Below, in pieces: positions 50,298-60,332 of a stretch of 64,000 nt of DNA. The first letter of the stretch is position 1. Each line of letters begins with the position of its first letter. Where the stretch lies: NCBI GenBank assembly GCA_977020255.1, contig CDROCS010004529.1:124001-188000 (forward strand), in the 5' to 3' direction. Made by a program: the position numbers and the translations under genes. The notes under the pieces were generated by a model, which was not told the DNA's origin, ran no database searches, and saw nothing but the letters and a program-made list of their open reading frames with translations. The stretch comes from Obrimoposthia wandeli. Taxonomy: Eukaryota.

Positions 50298-51650
50298 ATG
50301 GAATCAATAACTGCTATTTTTAAAGCTGTCAACGGGGTCGTTTGGGGCCCAATGATGCTTGTGTTGATACTCGGAGTTGGTTTATTCCTAATGATAGGAT
50401 TAAAACTAATGCCGATATTAAAACTGGGCACTGGCTTTAAACTGCTGTGGGGCGGTCGTACTTCCCCAGATACAACTACTGGAGAAATACCTCCTTTTCA
50501 AGCGCTTATGACTGCTTTATCAGCAACAGTAGGTACTGGTAACATTGCTGGTGTTGCTACTGCTGTATTCCTAGGCGGCCCCGGCGCGCTGTTCTGGATG
50601 TGGTGTACTGCTCTTGTGGGCATGGCTACAAAATATGCTGAAGCGGTATTAGCCGTTAAGTACCGCGAACAAGATAGTAAAGGTAATCACGTTGGTGGCC
50701 CAATGTATTACATTAAAAACGGTTTAGGCAAAAACTGGGCTTGGTTAGGTACTACCTTCGCAGTGTTTGGTGCTATCGCAGCCTTCGGCATCGGTAACAC
50801 TGTACAGTCTAACTCTGTTGCAGATGTACTAAACCGCGATATGGGTATCCCACATTGGATTACTGGTATTGTGTTAATGGTATTAGTAGGTGCTGTACTT
50901 TTAGGTGGTATCAAACGTATCGGTTCTGTTGCAGGCGCACTTGTTCCTTTAATGGCTATTGCTTATTTAACAGCCGGCTTAGTGGTTCTAGCAATTAACG
51001 TTGATGCAATTCCAGCGGCTTTAAACTTAATCTTTACGCAAGCATTTACTTCAACAGCTGCTGAAGGTGGTTTTGCAGGTGCTGCTGTGTGGATGGCAAT
51101 TCGCTTTGGTGTGGCTCGTGGTATCTTCTCTAACGAAGCCGGCTTAGGATCAGCTCCTATCGCTCACGCTGCTGCGCAAACAACTAGCCCTGTAAGACAA
51201 GGCATGATTGCGATGCTGGGTACGTTTATTGACACTATCATCATTTGTTCTATCACCGGTTTAGTTATTATAACCTCTGGTGCATGGACGAGCGGTGCGA
51301 CAGGTGCAGCATTAACTTCTGCCGCGTTTGATCTAGCCCTTCCTGGTATCGGTGGTCATCTAGTGGCAATATCATTAGCGATCTTTGCTTTCACTACAAT
51401 CATTGGTTGGTCTTTCTACGGTGAGCGCTGTATCCAATACTTGTTCGGTGAAAAATCTGTATTGCCTTATCGTGTATTATGGATCGGTGCTGTTGCACTA
51501 GGCGCCAATGTCGGTTTAGAATTCATTTGGTTAGTGGCTGATACACTTAATGCTGCGATGGCTATCCCTAACTTAATTGCAATACTACTATTAAGCCCAG
51601 TGGTATTTAAGTTGACCAAAGAGTATTTTGAAAATCAAAAGCATAGCTAG
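50298..51650 (+). CDS. Na+:alanine/glycine symporter (AGCS family)
   Basis: ATVGTGNIAGVA, GGPGALFWMW, GGPMYY, SNEAGLGS. Confidence 0.95.
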   Translation: MESITAIFKAVNGVVWGPMMLVLILGVGLFLMIGLKLMPILKLGTGFKLLWGGRTSPDTTTGEIPPFQALMTALSATVGTGNIAGVATAVFLGGPGALFWMWCTALVGMATKYAEAVLAVKYREQDSKGNHVGGPMYYIKNGLGKNWAWLGTTFAVFGAIAAFGIGNTVQSNSVADVLNRDMGIPHWITGIVLMVLVGAVLLGGIKRIGSVAGALVPLMAIAYLTAGLVVLAINVDAIPAALNLIFTQAFTSTAAEGGFAGAAVWMAIRFGVARGIFSNEAGLGSAPIAHAAAQTTSPVRQGMIAMLGTFIDTIIICSITGLVIITSGAWTSGATGAALTSAAFDLALPGIGGHLVAISLAIFAFTTIIGWSFYGERCIQYLFGEKSVLPYRVLWIGAVALGANVGLEFIWLVADTLNAAMAIPNLIAILLLSPVVFKLTKEYFENQKHS

Positions 51651-51674
51651 TTGAATAAATTCGACAGCTTATTT

Positions 51675-51705
51675 AAAGTACTCTCGAGTAACTCGAGAGT
51701 ACTTT
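51675..51705. terminator. 15-bp perfect inverted repeat between symporter and gcvT
   Basis: AAAGTACTCTCGAGT-A-ACTCGAGAGTACTTT. Confidence 0.65.
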
Positions 51706-51783
51706 ACTAACAACAAAAACCACACAGCCAAGTCGTTAAATGGCCTTGTTAATTAAACTTTAAAGAGAACGGAGAGACCTTGT

Positions 51784-52902
51784 ATGTCTGATAATCTTTT
51801 ACGCACACCCCTCTATGATTTACACGTTGCACTAGGCGGAAAGATGGTTCCTTTCGCTGGCTATGATATGCCTGTTCAGTATCCTTTAGGCGTAAAGAAA
51901 GAGCATCTACACACACGCGAAGCTTCTGGTCTTTTTGATGTATCACACATGGGCCAAGTTAAATTAGTAGGTAAAAATGCCGCTAAAGCACTTGAGAAGT
52001 TAGTTCCTGTAGACATCATGGATTTGCCCGTCGGCAAACAAAAATACGCTTTCTTCACTAATGAAAAAGGCGGCATTATGGATGACTTAATGGTTGCCAA
52101 TTATGGTGACTATTTATACGTTGTTGTGAACGCGGCTTGTAAAGAGCAAGACATCGCTCACATGCGCGCTAACTTAGGCGAAGACGTAGTCGTTGAAGTA
52201 CTAGAAGAGCGTGCTTTAATCGCGATTCAAGGTCCTAAAACAGCCGAGGCACTAGGCCGTATTCAGCCAAAATTACAAGAAATGGTCTTCATGGACACTC
52301 AGCTAATCGATATCGATGGTGCTGAATGTTTCGTGTCACGTTCTGGCTATACCGGCGAAGATGGTTATGAAATCTCTATCCCTACGTCTGAAACAGTCCG
52401 TTTAGTAGAGCTATTTTTAGCGCAACCTGAAATCGAAGCAATTGGCCTTGGTGCTCGTGATTCACTTCGTTTAGAATCTGGTCTTTGCCTATATGGGCAC
52501 GACATTGATACTGAAACAACGCCTTTAGAAGCGAGCCTGATTTGGGCAATTAGCAAAAACCGTCGCGCTGATGGTGAACGCGCAGGTGGCTTCCCAGGTT
52601 CTGATATCATCCTTGCACAAATCGCTAACAAAGACTGGACACGCAAGCGTGTTGGTTTATTAGGCGAAGGTCGCGCTCCTATTCGTGAAGGTGCTGAGTT
52701 ATTCAACGAAGCGGGCGATAGAATTGGTAGTGTCACTTCTGGCAGCTACGGCCCGACTATCGGCATGCCTGTTGCAATGGGTTATGTTGAAACAGCTTAC
52801 AGCACTTTAGAAACTAAAGTATTTGCTGAAGTGCGTGGCAAGAAATTGGCGATGACCGTTTCTCGAGCACCCTTCATCGAGCAACGTTACTTCCGCGGAT
52901 AA
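51784..52902 (+). CDS. gcvT: Glycine cleavage T protein (aminomethyltransferase)
   Basis: FAGYDMPVQY, FDVSHMGQ, RSGYTGEDGYE, GLGARDSLRLE. Confidence 0.97.
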   Translation: MSDNLLRTPLYDLHVALGGKMVPFAGYDMPVQYPLGVKKEHLHTREASGLFDVSHMGQVKLVGKNAAKALEKLVPVDIMDLPVGKQKYAFFTNEKGGIMDDLMVANYGDYLYVVVNAACKEQDIAHMRANLGEDVVVEVLEERALIAIQGPKTAEALGRIQPKLQEMVFMDTQLIDIDGAECFVSRSGYTGEDGYEISIPTSETVRLVELFLAQPEIEAIGLGARDSLRLESGLCLYGHDIDTETTPLEASLIWAISKNRRADGERAGGFPGSDIILAQIANKDWTRKRVGLLGEGRAPIREGAELFNEAGDRIGSVTSGSYGPTIGMPVAMGYVETAYSTLETKVFAEVRGKKLAMTVSRAPFIEQRYFRG

Positions 52903-52925
52903 TTAAGTACATTAATTTGAAGCGA

Positions 52926-52953
52926 TTGCACTAAGGTAATCACCTTAGTGCAA
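52926..52953 (+). terminator. Hairpin after gcvT
   Basis: TTGCACTAAGGT-AATC-ACCTTAGTGCAA. Confidence 0.65.
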
Positions 52954-53006
52954 ATCTATTTTTACTACTTTTGCTATTTTTACGAGCACATTACTAGGTT
53001 GTCACT

Positions 53007-53990
53007 ATGGAACTTATCCCCTTAAAAGACTTGAAAGGCGAATCTAAAATGGCGCGTTTAAGCGTCAAACCAGATCCAACACGAGAGCGCTTGCGCAAAC
53101 CAAAGTGGATTCGTATCAACGCAAAAAGTACCTCAATGGTAAATAAAGTTAAAAAACAGATGCGCGAACTTAAATTGCACACTGTTTGTGAAGAAGCTTC
53201 CTGCCCTAACCTTGCTGAATGCTTTAGTAAAGGCACTGCAACTTTCATGATCATGGGTGGTATCTGTACACGTCGCTGCCCTTTTTGCGATGTTGCACAC
53301 GGCAGGCCTGGCAGCTTAGATGAAAACGAGCCTGTGCACGTTGCACAAAGTATTAAAAAATTAGCATTGAAATACGTCGTAATCACTTCAGTTGATAGAG
53401 ACGATCTACGCGATGGTGGTGCTGCACACTTTAGTGAATGTATACGCGAAGCACGCGCCCTAAACCCAGCACTTAAAGTTGAAGTATTAGTGCCTGATTT
53501 TCGTAATAAAGTAGAGCGAGCACTCACTGCTTTAGCCACTGATTTACCTGATGTGCTTAACCACAATATGGAAACCGTTGCACGTTTGTATAAAGCGGTA
53601 CGTCCAGGTGCCAACTATCAATGGTCACTTGATTTATTAAGGCGTTTTAAAGAAAACCATCCTCATGTCACCACTAAATCTGGAATCATGGTGGGTGTTG
53701 GTGAAACAAAAGAAGAAGTACTTGAAGTGATGCGTGACCTTAGAGCCAATAATGTCGATATGTTAACCATTGGCCAATATTTGCAACCCAGCAAACACCA
53801 TCTAGCAGTTGAACGCTATGTACATCCCGATGAGTTTGCTCAATATGAAACAGCAGGTTATGAAATGGGTTTTAGTAATGTAGCCAGTGGGCCTATGGTA
53901 CGCTCTTCTTACCATGCCGATATTCAGGCAAGCGGAGATAACCCGTCACACCTAGCTGATCAGCTAGCCACTAACGCAGCTGTGAAATAA
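53007..53990 (+). CDS. lipA: Lipoyl synthase
   Basis: [28 protein letters not shown]. Confidence 0.97.
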   Translation: MELIPLKDLKGESKMARLSVKPDPTRERLRKPKWIRINAKSTSMVNKVKKQMRELKLHTVCEEASCPNLAECFSKGTATFMIMGGICTRRCPFCDVAHGRPGSLDENEPVHVAQSIKKLALKYVVITSVDRDDLRDGGAAHFSECIREARALNPALKVEVLVPDFRNKVERALTALATDLPDVLNHNMETVARLYKAVRPGANYQWSLDLLRRFKENHPHVTTKSGIMVGVGETKEEVLEVMRDLRANNVDMLTIGQYLQPSKHHLAVERYVHPDEFAQYETAGYEMGFSNVASGPMVRSSYHADIQASGDNPSHLADQLATNAAVK

Positions 53991-54030
53991 TTTAATCACC
54001 CTCTTTTAAAAACCGAGTTCGAGTAAGTTT

Positions 54031-54078
54031 AGCCTCTTCTTATATTGCTTTTGCACCTGATAAGAAGAGGCTTTTTTT
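54031..54078. terminator. Terminator between convergent lipA and serB
   Basis: AGCCTCTTCTTAT ... ATAAGAAGAGGCT followed by a T run. Confidence 0.75.
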
Positions 54079-54111
54079 CACGAAAAGTCTGCTTTCCCTC
54101 CTTTAGCTACG

Positions 54112-55011
54112 TCAAATCAAATACAACAAAGCATCCAACCCCAGCGTAGAAATACTATGTTCCGCTTTTTCTTTAACCATTGGCTTTGCGTGAAAAGCAA
54201 CACCTAGCCCAGCCGCTGCTAACATCCCCAAATCATTAGCGCCATCCCCAACAGCTATCGTATCACTTAAGCTTATTTGCTCTTTGTTCGCTATGAACTG
54301 CAATAACTCAACTTTTCGCTCGCCATTGACTATTTCACCTACCACTACGCCTGTCACTTTAGCATCGACAATTTGCAGGTTATTCGAGTACACATAGTCA
54401 AAACCGTACTTTGTTTGTAAATGCTCGGCAAAATAACTAAACCCACCAGAGAGAATCGCCGTTTTATAACCTTGTTGCTGCAAAGCATTAATCAACTGCT
54501 CCATGCCTTCCATTATGGGTAATTGTGCCGCTATATCCTCTAGCACCGCCTCACTTAAACCGGCTAACAGCCCTAAACGCTGGGTAAAACTTTGGTCAAA
54601 ATCCAGCTCTCCACGCATCGCTGCACTAGTGATAGCGATCACTTGCTCACCCACACCTGCTCGCTTAGCAAGCTCATCGATGACTTCAACTTTAATCAAA
54701 GTCGAATCCATATCAAACACTGCTAACTTGCGCTTTTTATTCACTTCATTTTGCGCCATTAACACTAAATCTAATTGCAGTGTCTGCGCTAGTGATTTTA
54801 GTTTTTCCCGCAAATCTAACACTTGTTCTACTTTAACTAATAGCTGCATATCAGCGCATTCAGCTGTAAGCGTAGTGATAGAACGCGTAATTTTAATCGC
54901 TGCTTGTTGACTGCAAAAATCCTCTATTATTTGAATAGGCAAACTCGTCAACGCAGGTGCCATAATAAATAACGTAAAGGCGCTGTGGGTATCTTTTACT
55001 GGGTGGCTCAA
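54112..55011 (-). CDS. serB: Phosphoserine phosphatase
   Basis: FDMDSTLI, AMRGELDF, SGGF, GDGANDL. Confidence 0.93.
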   Translation of the reverse strand: MSHPVKDTHSAFTLFIMAPALTSLPIQIIEDFCSQQAAIKITRSITTLTAECADMQLLVKVEQVLDLREKLKSLAQTLQLDLVLMAQNEVNKKRKLAVFDMDSTLIKVEVIDELAKRAGVGEQVIAITSAAMRGELDFDQSFTQRLGLLAGLSEAVLEDIAAQLPIMEGMEQLINALQQQGYKTAILSGGFSYFAEHLQTKYGFDYVYSNNLQIVDAKVTGVVVGEIVNGERKVELLQFIANKEQISLSDTIAVGDGANDLGMLAAAGLGVAFHAKPMVKEKAEHSISTLGLDALLYLI

Positions 55012-55301
55012 AATTTACTCCAAAATCAATAACTGTATTATTAAATCAAATTGCAAAACTTTGTTTCTGCTTAATTAACAACGTAACATTATAGTTTATT
55101 AGCTGAAACAAAAAACTATAGCGCTGTATTATCTTTTAGATTGTTTTTCTACCCTCCGCAATCCCCGCAGAACTGCTACATCACAGCTCTAGTGCCTTAA
55201 CTGCTTAATATCTAGTTAATTTTAACATTGTTCGTTAGCCGTTTGATTAGGTACAATAGCCCAATACAGAGCATCCTTACTAATCATTGAATGGAATCTA
55301 A

Positions 55302-56213
55302 ATGCATAATATTAAAATTAAGAAAGCTGTTATCCCTGTTGCGGGGTTGGGTACCAGAATGCTTCCTGCGACTAAAGCGATCCCTAAAGAAATGCTGCCG
55401 ATTGTGGATAAGCCTTTAATTCAATACATCATCAATGAGTGTGTCGCAGCTGGAATTACTGAAATTGTGTTAGTAACACACTCTTCAAAAAATGCTATTG
55501 AAAATCATTTTGATAAATCTTTCGAGCTTGAAACGACGTTACTTAATCGCGTCAAACGTCAACTACTTGACGAGTTACGCAGTATCACTCCTAAGGGCGT
55601 GACCATTATGCACGTGCGCCAAGGAGAAGCTAAAGGCTTAGGCCATGCTGTACTCAAAGCACGCCCTATCATTGGTGAAGAACCTTTTGTGGTAGTGTTA
55701 CCTGACGTCATTTTAGATGAAAGCTATTCTAACTTAAACACAGATAACCTAGCGCAGATGATAGAGCGCTATAGCACTACAGAATATAGTCAAATTATGG
55801 TTGAGCCAGTCGCTGAAGATCAAGTCAGTAATTACGGCATTGCCGATTGCGAAGGCAGCCAATTAGCACCCGGTGACTCTAGCAAGATGACAGCTGTGGT
55901 CGAAAAACCTAGCCAAGCAGAAGCACCTTCTAACCTAGCGGTTGTAGGCAGATATGTACTGAGTGAAAAAATTTGGGATTTACTAGAGCGCACCTTACCT
56001 GGTGCCGGTGATGAAATACAACTTACTGATGCTATCGCTAGCTTGATGAGCAACGAAACGGTTGAAGCTTATTGCATGAAAGGGAAAGCCCATGATTGCG
56101 GTAACAAATTGGGTTATATGAATGCTTTTGCTGAATACGCACTGCGTGATCCAATTAATGGCGCGGCGTTTAGGGAAAACTTGAACACGCTGCTTAATAA
56201 AAACAGCGATTAA
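55302..56213 (+). CDS. galU: UTP-glucose-1-phosphate uridylyltransferase
   Basis: [38 protein letters not shown]. Confidence 0.96.
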   Translation: MHNIKIKKAVIPVAGLGTRMLPATKAIPKEMLPIVDKPLIQYIINECVAAGITEIVLVTHSSKNAIENHFDKSFELETTLLNRVKRQLLDELRSITPKGVTIMHVRQGEAKGLGHAVLKARPIIGEEPFVVVLPDVILDESYSNLNTDNLAQMIERYSTTEYSQIMVEPVAEDQVSNYGIADCEGSQLAPGDSSKMTAVVEKPSQAEAPSNLAVVGRYVLSEKIWDLLERTLPGAGDEIQLTDAIASLMSNETVEAYCMKGKAHDCGNKLGYMNAFAEYALRDPINGAAFRENLNTLLNKNSD

Positions 56214-56237
56214 AAATACCCTCTGCTATTTAGCAAT

Positions 56238-56280
56238 CATCTTTGCCTATAATTTTAAATATCAATGATAGGCAAAGATG
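56238..56280. terminator. Hairpin between convergent galU and rnr
   Basis: CATCTTTGCCTAT ... ATAGGCAAAGATG. Confidence 0.65.
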
Positions 56281-56294
56281 GAAGCGTCATGCTG

Positions 56295-58949
56295 CTAGCT
56301 CTGTTGGCGTTTTACCGATTTTTTCAGTACTTTTTTCGCTTTGCGTTTTTTAGCACGATTAGAGATACCTTTACTGCCGGTATTTAATTTAGCTATTTCC
56401 TTTTCCGCCGCAGAAAGAAAAAGCTTATCTTTTTCTGCGCCTTTACCCTTATCTGTTTTAGGAGCGTTTCTCCTTCCTTTTTGCTGAGATTTGGGATTAT
56501 GTACATCACCCGGTGCATTGTCCACATTTAAACTAGCGCCTGCTGACCTTTGCTTTTGTGCTTCACGTTTGTCATTTAAGTACTTAGCTTTTTTGTCATG
56601 TACTTTAGTGACATACTGCGCAACTTTATCAACACCATCCTGCTTTTTCTCACGCTTTTTATCAGCAGATTTCGCAGCACTCATTGCTTTTTTCGTTTTA
56701 ACTTTTTTGGCACTGGCAATAGTTGAGACTAGTTCAAAATCAATTTTTCGATCATCCAAATTGACAGCAACTACTTTTACATTCAGTACATCGCCTAGTC
56801 GGAATACTTGACGTGTGCGCTCACCAACCATGCGCTGCTTAGCCGCTTCAAAATGGTAGTAATCTTTAGGCAGTGCAGTGATATGAACTAAGCCTTCAAT
56901 GTATACATCTTTTAATTCTACAAATAAGCCAAACCCAGTAACAGCCGTCACTATACCCTCGAAATCGCTACCGACTTCTGATTGCATGTATTCACACTTC
57001 AGCCAAGCCATCACATCGCGCGTTGCATCGTCAGCGCGGCGTTCCGTCATGGAACAGTGTTCACCTAACTGTAATACCTGCTCAATGCTATATTGATATT
57101 TATAGCGCTGATCTAATACAAAATCATCGGCACGCATTATGTTGCTCTGCGCAGTTTCTGAATGTATCAAAGAGCGAATGGCACGATGCACTAACAAATC
57201 AGGGTAACGGCGTATTGGAGAAGTAAAGTGCGTGTAAGCCGGGTATGCTAGACCAAAATGCCCATCTTCTGCAGGGCTATAAACGGCTTGCGACATAGAG
57301 CGCAACATCATTACTTGAATGACTTGTCTATCTGCCCTATCACTAATAGAGGCTGCAAGCTTTTGATAATCACTTGGTTGTGGGTCATCTTGGCCAGTAA
57401 GCTCTAAACCTAATTCAGACAAGTAACTACGTAAGCTTTGTAAACGTTCTGTTTTAGGCGCTTCATGTACCCGGTACAAAACCGGAATTTTAGCACTGGC
57501 TAAAAAGCGCGCCGTTGCTACATTGGCACATAACATGCATTCTTCAATTAACTTGTGAGCATCATTACGCTTGATAGGGACTATTTTTTCAATTTTGCGA
57601 TCTTCGGCAAATATTACCCGCGTTTCAACCGTATCAAAATCCATAGCGCCGCGTTTTTCCCGTGCAGCGCGCAGCGCAGTATACAAATTTTCTAAGTTGT
57701 ATAAATGCGGTAATACGTTTTTGTATTGCGCTCTTAATTCATCCCCTGCTGCATCTTTTTCCAACATTGCTCCCACTTTATTATAAGTGAGACGCGCGTG
57801 TGAATTAATCACGGCTTCATAAAACTTATAACCCGATAAGCGCCCAACACTGCTCACTGTCATTTCACAAACCATAGCAAGCCTATCGACTTCAGGTTTA
57901 AGTGAGCAAAGCCCATTTGAAAGTAATTCAGGTAACATTGGCACCACAAAATCAGGAAAATAAACTGAGTTTCCCCGTTTGTGCGCTTCTATATCAAGCT
58001 CTGTATTTGGTGCCACGTAATGCGAAACATCTGCAATAGCTACCCATAAACGCCAGCCCCCTGATTTCTTACTTTCGCAATATACTGCATCATCAAAATC
58101 ACGTGCATCTTCACCATCAATAGTAACCAGTGGTAAATGGCGCAAATCAACCCGCCCTTTTTTTGATGCCTCTGTGACTTGTGGTGCTAAATCAGCAATT
58201 TGTTCAAGTACGGCTTCTGGCCACTCTTCAGGAATATCATAGTTATGGATAGCCACCTGTATTTCCATACCGGGTGCCATATGATCACCTAATACTTCTA
58301 TAACCTTAGCCTGTGCTAAATTGCGCTTACTAGGCTGTTGCGTTACTTCAACAACCACTAACTGGTCATCATCATATTTCAGTGGTGAATCGGCATCGCC
58401 AATAACAATAATTTCTTGAGTGATACGCTGGTTTTCTGAGCGCAGATGGCCAAAACCATTTTCACCTCTAAAGCGGCCGACTAATTTAGTCGTATTGTGC
58501 TCGATTACTTCAACTATTTTTCCTTCACGGCGCCCACGCGAATCTTTACCTAATGGCTGAATTAACACTTTATCGCCATCAAATACTTGGCGCATTTGCC
58601 GTGCACTTAAAAAAAGATCACTGCCTGTTTCAGGGCTAGCAAAACCAAATCCGTCTCTGTGGCCTATAATCCTGCAAGTGATGATATCCATTTGCTTTAA
58701 GATACCGAACTCGTTTTTACGGTTGCTTAGCAGCTGACCATCGCGGCACATTGCTTTTAAGCGGTACATCACGGCGTTATACGAATCTTCATCTTGTACT
58801 TGCATCTGCGTACATAAATCATGATGGGAGATAGGTGCACCGTGAGTGGCCATAAATTCTAGAATGAATTCGCGGCTCGGTACTGGGTTATCATACTTTT
58901 CTGCTTCAGCTTTTGCTGAAGGGTCTTTCTTTGTCCAATCTTGGCTCAT
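56295..58949 (-). CDS. rnr: Ribonuclease R
   Basis: TIDGEDARDFDDAV, HFTSPIRRYPDL, S1 domain, Lys-rich tail; ATG at 58949 likely start (track 58994). Confidence 0.96.
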   Translation of the reverse strand: MSQDWTKKDPSAKAEAEKYDNPVPSREFILEFMATHGAPISHHDLCTQMQVQDEDSYNAVMYRLKAMCRDGQLLSNRKNEFGILKQMDIITCRIIGHRDGFGFASPETGSDLFLSARQMRQVFDGDKVLIQPLGKDSRGRREGKIVEVIEHNTTKLVGRFRGENGFGHLRSENQRITQEIIVIGDADSPLKYDDDQLVVVEVTQQPSKRNLAQAKVIEVLGDHMAPGMEIQVAIHNYDIPEEWPEAVLEQIADLAPQVTEASKKGRVDLRHLPLVTIDGEDARDFDDAVYCESKKSGGWRLWVAIADVSHYVAPNTELDIEAHKRGNSVYFPDFVVPMLPELLSNGLCSLKPEVDRLAMVCEMTVSSVGRLSGYKFYEAVINSHARLTYNKVGAMLEKDAAGDELRAQYKNVLPHLYNLENLYTALRAAREKRGAMDFDTVETRVIFAEDRKIEKIVPIKRNDAHKLIEECMLCANVATARFLASAKIPVLYRVHEAPKTERLQSLRSYLSELGLELTGQDDPQPSDYQKLAASISDRADRQVIQVMMLRSMSQAVYSPAEDGHFGLAYPAYTHFTSPIRRYPDLLVHRAIRSLIHSETAQSNIMRADDFVLDQRYKYQYSIEQVLQLGEHCSMTERRADDATRDVMAWLKCEYMQSEVGSDFEGIVTAVTGFGLFVELKDVYIEGLVHITALPKDYYHFEAAKQRMVGERTRQVFRLGDVLNVKVVAVNLDDRKIDFELVSTIASAKKVKTKKAMSAAKSADKKREKKQDGVDKVAQYVTKVHDKKAKYLNDKREAQKQRSAGASLNVDNAPGDVHNPKSQQKGRRNAPKTDKGKGAEKDKLFLSAAEKEIAKLNTGSKGISNRAKKRKAKKVLKKSVKRQQS

Positions 58950-59158
58950 TATTTCCATTGTCCTTGGTTTGTTTAACCCAACAGGGTTGAACATTTAATA
59001 GCTTGTAGCTAATAGTTAAGGAACATGCGAACTGACTCAGCTTTTATGCTGCGCTTTCACCACGAATAAGTTCGCATATTCCCTTAGTATATTTTTGGTT
59101 AACCGTTTATCTGGTTAGCCGTTTATTTAAGTGACTGCTTATTTAAGCCACTTTCCAC

Positions 59159-59222
59159 TTCAGTAACTATTTATTTCAGTAACTTTCTAATTTAGTAACT
59201 GTATATTTCAGTAACTGGGTAT
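59159..59222. repeat. Four tandem 16-bp units with core TT(C/T)AGTAACT
   Basis: TTCAGTAACTATTTAT / TTCAGTAACTTTCTAA / TTTAGTAACTGTATAT / TTCAGTAACTGGGTAT. Confidence 0.8.
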
Positions 59223-59283
59223 GTAATTTTTTTGATTAACACATCTCTATCGTTAACTGACAAGTGTAATCTTTAAAACCAGA

Positions 59284-59307
59284 AAAGCCGAGTAAATACT
59301 CGGCTTT
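59284..59307 (-). terminator. Terminator after secF
   Basis: AAAGCCGAGT-AAAT-ACTCGGCTTT. Confidence 0.8.
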
Positions 59308-59340
59308 AAAGGTTAGTCTAGAAAGTGATTAATGATAATG

Positions 59341-60321
59341 TTAAGGTTTAGCCTTCACATCTTCTTCCTCTTCACCCTCATAGCCTTCTGTTTCGAAACC
59401 TTCCCCTTCCACAAACGTATGCTCTTGCTTAGGTGGGATAATCAAATCTTCTTTGCTCACGTTCATCAATAGCAATGCATTAGCGGCGACATAAATAGAA
59501 GAGTAAGTACCCACTACCACTCCAACGAGTAAGGCAACCGCAAACCCAAAGATCATTTGCCCGCCAAAAATCGCTAATATAACCAACACTAGCAAAGTAG
59601 TTAACGAGGTAACAATAGTACGGCTAAGCGTTTGAGTTAATGAAATATTCATTATTTCAACAGCTGTTTCCTTACGTAGCTTCCTAAAGTTTTCACGAAT
59701 TCGATCCGAGACAACAATAGTATCGTTAAGCGAATAGCCTATAACCGCAAGTATAGCCGCAAGCACTGTAAGGTCGAACTCTAACTGAAATATCGCAAAG
59801 AAGCCCAATACAATGATGACATCATGGACTAATGCTACAACTGCGCCCACTGAAAATTTCAACTGGAAGCGAAAGGTTACATAAACCATAATCATGAACA
59901 ATGCCAACAGCATGCCTAGACCACCTTGTTCACGTAACTCATCACCCACTTGCGCACCAACAAACTCGTTGCGGCGCAATTCAATGTCCTGATCAGCTGA
60001 TGATTTAAGCACTGCTAATACTTTATTGCCTAACTTTGGATCATGATCCTCTTGCAAGCGAATCAAAATGTCATTAGCTGATCCAAACGTTTGTACTATG
60101 ACATTTTTAAAGCCAGCAGCTTCTAAATCTGTGCGAATTTGAGTACTGTTCGCATCTTTCTCATAGTGAACTTCAACTAGTGATCCACCGGTAAAATCCA
60201 ATCCGAGCTTTAAGCCATTAACAGCCATCGCACCAATAGCAATAATCAGTAGTAGCGCCGAGAAAGCGAGGGCAATTTTACGTGCCCCCATAAAATTTAT
60301 TACTTTATTATCTACAGTCAT
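59341..60321 (-). CDS. secF: Protein translocase subunit SecF
   Basis: GLDFTGG, FVGAQVG, GYSLNDTIVV.DRIREN. Confidence 0.97.
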   Translation of the reverse strand: MTVDNKVINFMGARKIALAFSALLLIIAIGAMAVNGLKLGLDFTGGSLVEVHYEKDANSTQIRTDLEAAGFKNVIVQTFGSANDILIRLQEDHDPKLGNKVLAVLKSSADQDIELRRNEFVGAQVGDELREQGGLGMLLALFMIMVYVTFRFQLKFSVGAVVALVHDVIIVLGFFAIFQLEFDLTVLAAILAVIGYSLNDTIVVSDRIRENFRKLRKETAVEIMNISLTQTLSRTIVTSLTTLLVLVILAIFGGQMIFGFAVALLVGVVVGTYSSIYVAANALLLMNVSKEDLIIPPKQEHTFVEGEGFETEGYEGEEEEDVKAKP

Positions 60322-60332
60322 GTGTATGCCTT

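Noticed and set aside
51720-51783. GGAGAGACC upstream of gcvT suggesting a glycine riboswitch
   Set aside because: It directly precedes the start codon (RBS position) and the other conserved aptamer elements are absent.
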